A stretch of 20,776 nt of DNA from Chlamydiota bacterium. GTDB taxonomy: Bacteria > Chlamydiota > Chlamydiia > Chlamydiales > SM23-39. How positions within the stretch are numbered: position 1 is the first letter of the stretch; each line of letters opens with the position of its first letter. Below the pieces are notes generated by a model. That model had not been told where the DNA came from. It ran no database searches and worked only from the letters and a program-made list of their open reading frames with translations. A program made the translations under genes and the position numbers. Shown one piece after another: positions 9,092 to 16,642 of the stretch. The stretch spans positions 1 to 20,776 of the forward strand of contig JASFVE010000037.1 in NCBI GenBank assembly GCA_050049995.1, written 5' to 3'.

Positions 9092-11398
9092 ATGAAAAGC
9101 AGCAGAAAAACAAGAACAACCGAATCTTCTGAAGCATCAAAATCGGAGGAAGAGGAAAGTGTAAATGTCGATCCAAGTCAGCAATTAACCGATGCGGAAA
9201 ATATTCAAGAGCAAGTTGAAAAGCAGGAAAAAACACGTAAAAAATTAGGAACTTTTACAGGTGTTTTTGTTCCAACTTTACTAACAATTCTAGGTGTTAT
9301 TTTATTTCTTCGTGAAGGATGGGTTGTTGGTAATGCAGGATATTGGGGCGCTACGCTTATTATTGTTCTAGCTTTTCTAATTACTACTTGTACCGCCATT
9401 TCCATGTCAAGTTTTGTTACTAATACTCGAGTGGGAGGAGGTGGTGCTTTTGCTATTGTCTCTCAAGCGCTTGGTTTGGAAATAGGAGGAAGTATTGGTA
9501 TTCCTCTTTTGATTTCACAGGGGCTTGCTGTCTGCATGTATATTTTTGGATTTCGAGCTGGTTGGCTGTGGATTTTTCCAGACCATCCAGCCATACTGGT
9601 GGATTTATCTACAATAGCTGTTATTTTTATTTTAAATCTTATTAGCACGGCATTTGCTTTTAGAACACAGTATTTAATCTTAGCTATTATCATAGCATCT
9701 CTGGCGTCCATTGGTATGGCAGCTTTGTCAGGATCAATGGAATATCCCCTTTATCATTGGGGAGAGTTTCTAGGAGAAAAGGAAACGGGTTTTAAAGGGA
9801 TTGGGTTTTGGGGTGTTTTTGCTGTGTTTTTCCCAGCATCAACAGGGATAATGGCTGGAGCTAATATGTCAGCAGATTTAAAAACACCTAAAAAGAGCAT
9901 TCCAGTAGGGACACTTTCTGCTATAGCAGTAAGTTTTATAGTTTACTTAGGAGTGGCTTATTGGTTGGCAAGGTCGGCAACAGTGGAGGAGTTGCTCAAT
10001 GATTACACTGTTTTAATTGATAAAGCTTATTATAGCCCAGCGGTCCTAGCTGGCCTTCTTGCAGCTACTTTTTCCTCAGCACTATCATCTTTTGTTGGGG
10101 CGTCTAGAATTTTAGAGGCGTTAGGAAATCACAACATAATTCCTTTTGGAAAGTGGCTAGCTACAAGAACAAAAAGAGGAGAGCCTTTATATGCAACTAT
10201 AGTAACTCTTGGATTTACCATCTGCTTTATTTTTTTAAGAAACCTAAATATTGTGGCTCCACTTATCACGATGGTTTTTTTGATTGCTTATAATGTTATT
10301 AACTTAGTTGTTTTAATTGAAGAGTCTTTGGGCTTGATAAGTTTTAGACCCCTTTTTAGGGTCCATAAAAGCATTCCTTTATTAGGGTTTATTGGCAGTA
10401 TTTTTGCTATGTTTATTATCAGTCCCATTTTTGGGCTCGTAGCTGTATCTTTCATCAGCGCAATTTATGTCTATTTAATGAAGCGAAAATTAAAAGCTCC
10501 TTTTAGTGATGTTCGAAGTGGCCTTTTTGAAGCAATAGCAGAGTGGTCGGCCAAAAAAGTAAAGTTACTACATGGGCATGCCGACCGGGCATGGAAACCA
10601 AACTTCTTGCTTCCCTTAGATAATGTAGAACAATTGATGGGAGTTTATCGATTGGTGCACCATTTGGCTTTTCCCGTTGGTTCTGTAAAGCTACTTGGAA
10701 TCAAAAAAAAAGAAGATCTTAGAAGTTTTGAAAATGAATTAGAAAATTCTTCAGCAAATTATTTGAAGCACGGTGTTTTTTCTTCATTTTCTGTGATGGA
10801 AGAAGAAAAGTTTTCGCAAGGCGTTATACGTGGAATTCAAGCCTTAAGAGGTTCTTTTTTTCGACCAAACATTGTTTTTTTAGAGCTACCCAAAGATGAA
10901 TCTTTGCATCAAAATCTTTTTGAAATTGTAGATACTGCTAATTACTCTAAAATGGGTGTGTCACTTATTGTTTACCATCCTCAAACTGGATTGAGAAAAG
11001 AAGAAGTCATTAATCTATGGATATCCAAGCCGAAAAAATGGGAGCTGGAAATGAAATTAGGGAATATTGATTTAGCGATTCTTTTAAGTTATCGGTTAAA
11101 AATAAGCTGGCAAGGAACTTTACGAATTTTTATGTCCGTAAAGGATAAAAAGGAAAAAGCTAAAGCTATAAAATATCTTGAAAGGATAATAAGCCTTGCA
11201 AGACTCCCATGCGACCAAATGGAAGTCTATGTGGATCAAGATTTTTTCAATTCAGTTAAAAAAGCCCCATATTCTGATTTAACAGTACTTACGCTAGAAA
11301 GTATTAGAAATGTGCAATTTTTATGGGATGCAAGAGAAGCTGCAAATGCTACATGCCTTTTTTGCCAAGATGGTGGAGGGGAAAATGCATTTGCTTAA
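9092..11398 (+). CDS. Prokaryotic cation-chloride cotransporter (SLC12/CCC family, APC superfamily; often annotated amino acid permease)
   Basis: 768 aa. 'KLGTFTGVFVPTLLTILGVILFLR.GWVVGNAG', 'LGLEIGGSIG', 'FFPASTGIMAGANMSADLKTPKKSIPVGT', 'ATFSSALSS' and 'FRPLFR'. About 12 TM plus a cytoplasmic C-domain with 'WKPNFL', 'FRPNIVFL' and 'INLWI'. Confidence 0.88.
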   Translation: MKSSRKTRTTESSEASKSEEEESVNVDPSQQLTDAENIQEQVEKQEKTRKKLGTFTGVFVPTLLTILGVILFLREGWVVGNAGYWGATLIIVLAFLITTCTAISMSSFVTNTRVGGGGAFAIVSQALGLEIGGSIGIPLLISQGLAVCMYIFGFRAGWLWIFPDHPAILVDLSTIAVIFILNLISTAFAFRTQYLILAIIIASLASIGMAALSGSMEYPLYHWGEFLGEKETGFKGIGFWGVFAVFFPASTGIMAGANMSADLKTPKKSIPVGTLSAIAVSFIVYLGVAYWLARSATVEELLNDYTVLIDKAYYSPAVLAGLLAATFSSALSSFVGASRILEALGNHNIIPFGKWLATRTKRGEPLYATIVTLGFTICFIFLRNLNIVAPLITMVFLIAYNVINLVVLIEESLGLISFRPLFRVHKSIPLLGFIGSIFAMFIISPIFGLVAVSFISAIYVYLMKRKLKAPFSDVRSGLFEAIAEWSAKKVKLLHGHADRAWKPNFLLPLDNVEQLMGVYRLVHHLAFPVGSVKLLGIKKKEDLRSFENELENSSANYLKHGVFSSFSVMEEEKFSQGVIRGIQALRGSFFRPNIVFLELPKDESLHQNLFEIVDTANYSKMGVSLIVYHPQTGLRKEEVINLWISKPKKWELEMKLGNIDLAILLSYRLKISWQGTLRIFMSVKDKKEKAKAIKYLERIISLARLPCDQMEVYVDQDFFNSVKKAPYSDLTVLTLESIRNVQFLWDAREAANATCLFCQDGGGENAFA

Positions 11399-11411
11399 GG
11401 CATGCTGTTTT

Positions 11412-12464
11412 TTAGCTAAAAGAAAAAACTTCCTCATCTTTGTGAGCTAAATTATTTTCTTCTAAAAGGGCGTTTATTTTTAAAATAACTTCTTCGGTTG
11501 TGTTCCAGTCGAGGCAAGGATCGGTTATGGAGACACCACTTATAGGGTCTGTACTGTGAGGTTGATTACCCAAATGTAAAAAACTTTCCAGCATCATGCC
11601 TAAAATGTAGTCATTTCCTTCTAGGATTTGCTGCAAAACATTTTCCAAAACATCAATTTGTTTTAGGGGATTTTTTTGGCTGTTGCCATGGGCACAATCT
11701 ATAAGAATTTTTGGATCAATGTAATATTTTTGGCACATTTCTACAGCACTGGCTACGGAACTTTTATCGTAATTAGACCCTTGTGAAGATCCCCTCAAAA
11801 CTAAATGAGTATAAGGATTACCTAACGAATGCTTCTTACAAACTTTTCCGTGTCCATCAATTCCAATAAATGACTGCTCGTGCCTAGAAGATAAAACCCC
11901 TTGAATAGCAGGTTCAATGGAGCCATCAATTGCATTTTTAAATCCTACAGGAAAGGAAAGGCTTGAAGCAAACTGCCTATGAGGTTGGGAGGAAGATGTT
12001 CTAGCTCCAATAAAACCCCAAGAGATAAGGTCGCTTAGGTAGGTTACAGCTAAAGGATCGACAAATTCCATAGAGCAGGGAATGTCCATATTATTTAGCT
12101 CTAATAAAAGTCTTCTGGTTTGAATTAGTCCTGTTTCAATATCAAAAGAAGAGTCTAAATATGGATCATATAAGTATCCTTTCCAACCATTTCCTGTTCT
12201 AGATTTTTCCGAAAAAACTCTTAACACTAAAACTATATTTTTGGAAACCTCATAAGATAATTTTTTAAAAAGGTTAGCGTAATCAAAAAAGTCTTCTATT
12301 TTATGCAAAGAACATGGCCCTACAAATAAAAGAAGTTTATTACTTTTTTTTGTGAAAATTTTTTGTATCTCTTTTTGGTTTTTTACCATTTTTAAAGAAA
12401 TACCATGAGAAACAGGCAGTTTCTGCTGTAATTCATAGGGGGTAGGTAAAGTATTTTTTAACAT
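11412..12464 (-). CDS. 3-deoxy-7-phosphoheptulonate (DAHP) synthase, class I-alpha (AroF/G/H-like)
   Basis: 350 aa. VGPCSLH, EKSRT..GWKG, WGFIGART, PVGFKN, HLVLRG, IDCAHGNS, GMMLES and GVSITDPCLDW motifs. An in-frame stop six codons upstream fixes the start at 12464. Confidence 0.92.
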   Translation of the reverse strand: MLKNTLPTPYELQQKLPVSHGISLKMVKNQKEIQKIFTKKSNKLLLFVGPCSLHKIEDFFDYANLFKKLSYEVSKNIVLVLRVFSEKSRTGNGWKGYLYDPYLDSSFDIETGLIQTRRLLLELNNMDIPCSMEFVDPLAVTYLSDLISWGFIGARTSSSQPHRQFASSLSFPVGFKNAIDGSIEPAIQGVLSSRHEQSFIGIDGHGKVCKKHSLGNPYTHLVLRGSSQGSNYDKSSVASAVEMCQKYYIDPKILIDCAHGNSQKNPLKQIDVLENVLQQILEGNDYILGMMLESFLHLGNQPHSTDPISGVSITDPCLDWNTTEEVILKINALLEENNLAHKDEEVFSFS

Positions 12465-12589
12465 AAAGGGGGTAAATTTTTAATTTATTAGGAAGTATGT
12501 TAAGGTGTTTGCCATGTAATTCTCGTGAATATCATTTACCACGAATCATTGTTATTCGGCAACTATTCAGTAATTTAAGGAGTCAAATT

Positions 12590-13579
12590 TTGATTATTTT
12601 TGAAGAGGTTTCTAAAACATTTGATAATGGCTTTCAAGCTGTGAACAAGGTGTCTTTTCAGGTATCTCCAGGTGAAACACTTGTTTTATTAGGCACTAGC
12701 GGCTGCGGTAAAACAACAGCAATGAAGATGATCAATCGTCTTATAGAACCCACATCAGGACAAATTCTTATTAACGGTAAAAATATTATGGATTTTGACC
12801 CTATAGATTTAAGAAGAAGCATAGGCTACGCCGTTCAGCATATTGGCTTATTTAACCATATGACAGTATCTGAAAATATTGCTTTAGTTCCTAAAATGCT
12901 TAAGTGGGATCAAGATAAAATCGAAAGCCGTATTGATGAGCTTTTGACCCTTGTAAGTTTAGATCCAATAGAAATTAAGGATCGCTATCCTTCTGAGTTA
13001 AGCGGTGGGCAAAGGCAAAGAATAGGAGTTATTCGAGCTTTAGCGGCAGATCCTCCCATTATTTTAATGGATGAGCCTTTTGGAGCTTTAGATCCCTTAA
13101 CAAGAGAAACTGTGCAAAATGAATTTAATGAACTAAAATCTAGTACAGAATTAGAGTCCAATATGGAAAAAACTGTTGTTTTTGTTACGCATGATATGTT
13201 TGAGGCTGTTAAAATGGCTGACCAGATTGCTCTTATGGATCAGGGAAGCATCGTGCAAATTGGAACTCCAAGAGACCTTGTAGAGAACCCTGCTAATGAA
13301 TTTGTAGAACAGTTTATAAGTGGTCACAAATTTCAGCTGTCTTTAATGACAAAGCCTATTAAAGATTATGTTGAGCCTTCAGATATCGCACCTGAACAGC
13401 CAGTTAAGGTAAAACTTTCCACTAAACATACTATTATTGAGGCTTTAGATGTTTATAAGAACACTAATAAGTCTAAATTGCCTGTTTATAAAGGAAAGAA
13501 ATTTATGGGATACCTACCCATTAAGTCATTATATAATGTCGTCATTGGAGTTTTAGAAGAAATGGGAGAAGGAGAGTAA
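12590..13579 (+). CDS. Osmoprotectant (glycine betaine/choline/carnitine-type) ABC transporter ATP-binding subunit, OpuCA/OsmV-like
   Basis: Walker A GTSGCGKTT, signature LSGGQRQR, Walker B ILMDEPFGALD, VTHD and a C-terminal CBS-like segment. Start reassigned to TTG 12590: SD AAGGAG at 12577-12582, 7-nt spacer, giving the typical N-terminus MIIFEEVSKTF. The ORF-track start 12497 looks over-extended. Confidence 0.9.
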   Translation: MIIFEEVSKTFDNGFQAVNKVSFQVSPGETLVLLGTSGCGKTTAMKMINRLIEPTSGQILINGKNIMDFDPIDLRRSIGYAVQHIGLFNHMTVSENIALVPKMLKWDQDKIESRIDELLTLVSLDPIEIKDRYPSELSGGQRQRIGVIRALAADPPIILMDEPFGALDPLTRETVQNEFNELKSSTELESNMEKTVVFVTHDMFEAVKMADQIALMDQGSIVQIGTPRDLVENPANEFVEQFISGHKFQLSLMTKPIKDYVEPSDIAPEQPVKVKLSTKHTIIEALDVYKNTNKSKLPVYKGKKFMGYLPIKSLYNVVIGVLEEMGEGE

Positions 13580-13580
13580 T

Positions 13581-14237
13581 ATGAATATCCACGAATTAAT
13601 GCCATATGTCCTTAAAAAAACTTGGGAGCATTTAGAGCTCACTTTCATTTCAATTTTTGTAGCAATCATTATTGCTATTCCTTTTGGGATTATGCTTGCG
13701 AGATGGAAAAGGCCAAAACTTGCTGCACTGGTACTTAGAACTGTAGCTGTTATTCAAACCATACCTGGTCTTGCTTTAATTGCTTTGATTATTGTGCTTT
13801 TAGCATCTTTAAGATCGTTTGTTGCTGTTCCTACAACAGGCCTTTTTCCTGGCCTTGTTGTACTTGTTATATATGCATTGCTTCCTATAGTAAATAATAC
13901 TTATGACGGGATTAAACAGATTTTGCCTACCCAAATTGAAGTAGCTAGAAGCCTTGGTATGACAAAGTCTCAAATCCTTTTTTGGGTCGAAATTCCGATC
14001 TCACTTCCTCTACTCATTACGGGCATTAGAATTTCTACTGTAATGACAGTTGGTATGGCTACTTTAGTAAGTTTAGTAGGATCGGGAGGCTTGGGTGATT
14101 TAATCATGCAAGGTTTGAGAAGTATGCGGTTGGGACTAATACTTGCAGGAACAATACCTGCGGCTTTACTTGCTATTTCCTTAGACTTCCTTATGGCTTT
14201 AGTAGGGCGGTGGATTGCTCCAAATAAGAAGGTATAA
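13581..14237 (+). CDS. Osmoprotectant ABC transporter permease (OpuCB/ProW-like)
   Basis: 218 aa. 'WEHLELT', 'IQTIPGLAL', 'YALLPIVNNTYDGI', EAA-loop 'IEVARSLGMT' and 'GSGGLGDLIMQGL'. Confidence 0.9.
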   Translation: MNIHELMPYVLKKTWEHLELTFISIFVAIIIAIPFGIMLARWKRPKLAALVLRTVAVIQTIPGLALIALIIVLLASLRSFVAVPTTGLFPGLVVLVIYALLPIVNNTYDGIKQILPTQIEVARSLGMTKSQILFWVEIPISLPLLITGIRISTVMTVGMATLVSLVGSGGLGDLIMQGLRSMRLGLILAGTIPAALLAISLDFLMALVGRWIAPNKKV

Positions 14238-14238
14238 T

Positions 14239-15153
14239 ATGAATAAGTTTATTAGAAAAATTATTGTTTTCTTTTCTGTTTTTTTTCTTATTTTTGCAGC
14301 GATGATTGGCGAAAGCATCTATAGTTATCAAAAATCTAAAAATGCCATAGTCGTTGGATGCAGAAATTTTACAGAGCAAAATATTTTAGCAGAGATCATT
14401 GCCCAGCTAATTGAAAACCACACTTCGTTAGAAGTAAAGAGGTGTTACAATTTAGAAGGGACAATGGTTGCTTTTCAAGCTATCAACTCTAAGGGAATTG
14501 ATGTATATCCTGAATACACAGGAACGGGACTGCTAGAGATCTTAAAAGAAGAGAAAATTACAGATAAAGATTTATGTTATAAAACAGTTAAGGAGCAGTT
14601 TGAAAAAAAATATCAAATTACTTGGCTCAAACCGTTTGGTTTCGATAATAATTTTTGTATTTTGCTTTCCTCTCAAGCAGCTAGCAAAATGAAAATCTCC
14701 AAACTATCTGAGTTGGTTAAACTTTTTAAAACTAAAGACTTGTCTTTTGCTTTGGATGCAGAGTTTATCTCAAGGCCTGAATATCAAATGTTTTTAAAAG
14801 ATTATCAAGTGAAAAAGCTAGATCCAAAGGTTATAGATTTACCATTGATTTATTTGAATCTTTCTAAAGGTACTATTGATGCATCTTTGGGATACTCTAC
14901 TGACCCTAAGATCGTAGAACATAGTTTTGTTGTTTTAGAAGATGATCTTCATACTTTTCCTATTTATGAAGCAGCTCCTATGATCAGGCAGGATGTATTG
15001 AAAAAACATCCTGAGATAAAAGAAGTTTTGAATAAAGTAGGAAATCAAATTAATGATGTCGAAATTAGAGAGCTAAACATGCAGGCAGATTTAGGGAAAG
15101 ACTCACCTAAAAACTTGGTACATAAATTCCTTAAAGATAAAAAATTAATTTAG
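14239..15153 (+). CDS. Osmoprotectant ABC transporter substrate-binding protein (OpuAC/OsmF family) with an N-terminal hydrophobic anchor or signal
   Basis: 'IVVGCRNFTEQNIL', 'DVYPEYTGT', 'GFDNNF', 'YSTDP' and 'LEDDLHTFPIYEAAP'. Start placed at ATG 14239 (1 nt after the permease stop, AAGAAGG upstream) rather than TTG 14215. Confidence 0.9.
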   Translation: MNKFIRKIIVFFSVFFLIFAAMIGESIYSYQKSKNAIVVGCRNFTEQNILAEIIAQLIENHTSLEVKRCYNLEGTMVAFQAINSKGIDVYPEYTGTGLLEILKEEKITDKDLCYKTVKEQFEKKYQITWLKPFGFDNNFCILLSSQAASKMKISKLSELVKLFKTKDLSFALDAEFISRPEYQMFLKDYQVKKLDPKVIDLPLIYLNLSKGTIDASLGYSTDPKIVEHSFVVLEDDLHTFPIYEAAPMIRQDVLKKHPEIKEVLNKVGNQINDVEIRELNMQADLGKDSPKNLVHKFLKDKKLI

Positions 15154-15292
15154 CAATTTCATTTAAACTGCAAATTTTCATTTGAAAGTTGATTAATTTT
15201 AGGGATATTTAAAAGAAAAGTCTTTGGTAATTTCTTTATTTTTTCAATTTTTTTCGCTATTATAACAATAACAAATAGAGTAAACAAAGTTT

Positions 15293-16642
15293 ATGGAACA
15301 GATTTTATCAAAAATTGAAAATTGGGTATGGGGAGCTCCTCTTCTTTTATTATTAACGGCTGTAGGTATTTATTTAACGATTGTAACAAGAGGCGTCCAG
15401 TTTCGTTATTTATTTTACTCACTAAAACTTGCTTTTACACGCCATGATGACTCAGCTCAAGGGGATATTAGTCACTTTCAAGCTTTGATGACTGCTTTAG
15501 CTGCAACCATAGGGATAGGTAGCATCACAGGAGTTGCAACAGCCGTTGCTGCAGGTGGAATAGGTGCATTATTTTGGATTTGGGTATCAGCCCTACTTGG
15601 TATGGCTACAAAATATGCAGAAGCTATTCTTGCTGTTAAATATAGAACCGTTGATGAAAAAGGGGAAATGTGTGGCGGTCCAATGTACTATTTGGAAAGA
15701 GGACTGAAGTCTAAGTTTTTAGCAGTTTTCTTTGCTTTTGTTGGCGCTATTACTGCTATTGGTACAGGAAATATGGTGCAAGCAAATTCTGTATCCACAG
15801 CGCTGTCAGATTTTTTACATATCAATCCTTGGATTTCAGGAATTGTCTTAGCTATTATTACAGGAATAGCTTTATTTGGCGGGATTAAAAGCATTGGTAA
15901 GGTTGCCTCTTTTTTAGTTCCAGTAATGGCTGTTTTTTATATTGGCGGGAGCTTAACAGTTGTTCTTATGAAAGCATCTTATATTCCAGATGCCTTTGTC
16001 AGAATTATTAAAAGTGCTTTTACAGGGCAGGCAGCGTTTGGCGGCTTCTTAGGTTCTTCCGTGATGATGGCAATACAGTTTGGCGTCTCAAGAGGCGTGT
16101 TTTCTTCAGAAGCAGGCCTTGGCTCTGCACCTATTGCTGCAGCAGCTGCAAAAACAGATGTTCCAGGAAGGCAAGCTTTAGTTTCTATGAGTGGTGTTTT
16201 TATTACTTCTTTTATTGTGGTAACATTAACAGGTCTTGCCATTGCTGTGACAGGTTCTTTAGGGAAAGTAGGACCAGACGGGCTGCCTTTACAAGGCTCA
16301 ACTTTAGCTCTTTCTGCTTTCAACTCCGTTTTGCCAGGAGCTGGTATAATGGTTACCGTTTCTTTAATAATGTTTGCGTATTCTACTATTTTAGGCTGGG
16401 CTTATTATGGAGAAAAATGCGTGGAGTATTTGCTTGGAGTGAAAGCTGTGCCGGTCTATCGAACTATTTATACTTTAACCCTTATAGTGGGAGCTGTATT
16501 AAGCATTAAAGTTGTTTGGAGTTTTGCTAATGTGATGAATGGTCTGATGGCTTTTCCTAATTTAATTGGTCTGTTTGGACTCGCGGCTATCGTCAGGTCT
16601 GAAACTAAAGCATTTGATCAGCTAGTCAAAGAAGAAAAATGA
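15293..16642 (+). CDS. Alanine/glycine:cation symporter (AGCS; DagA/AlsT/AgcS family), copy 1
   Basis: 449 aa. 'ISHFQALMTALAATIG', 'GALFWIW', 'KYAEAILAVKYR', 'GGPMYYL', 'EAGLGSAPIAAAAA', 'FAYSTILGWAYYGE' and 'NGLMAFPNL'. Confidence 0.93.
   Translation: MEQILSKIENWVWGAPLLLLLTAVGIYLTIVTRGVQFRYLFYSLKLAFTRHDDSAQGDISHFQALMTALAATIGIGSITGVATAVAAGGIGALFWIWVSALLGMATKYAEAILAVKYRTVDEKGEMCGGPMYYLERGLKSKFLAVFFAFVGAITAIGTGNMVQANSVSTALSDFLHINPWISGIVLAIITGIALFGGIKSIGKVASFLVPVMAVFYIGGSLTVVLMKASYIPDAFVRIIKSAFTGQAAFGGFLGSSVMMAIQFGVSRGVFSSEAGLGSAPIAAAAAKTDVPGRQALVSMSGVFITSFIVVTLTGLAIAVTGSLGKVGPDGLPLQGSTLALSAFNSVLPGAGIMVTVSLIMFAYSTILGWAYYGEKCVEYLLGVKAVPVYRTIYTLTLIVGAVLSIKVVWSFANVMNGLMAFPNLIGLFGLAAIVRSETKAFDQLVKEEK

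Noticed and set aside
12497..12589. 31-aa N-terminal extension of the ABC ATPase given by the ORF track
   Set aside because: A strong SD precedes TTG 12590, the family N-terminus starts there, and the extension would occupy the divergent promoter region.
12465..12589. c-di-AMP (ydaO) riboswitch upstream of the osmoprotectant operon
   Set aside because: There is too little room after a promoter and the conserved GCUGAAUCC/GGAAC-type core is absent.
15154..15292. Glycine riboswitch, often found upstream of AGCS genes
   Set aside because: The region is very AT-rich, with no GGAGA/GAAG/CAGG aptamer cores and no stable stems visible. An Rfam scan would confirm.
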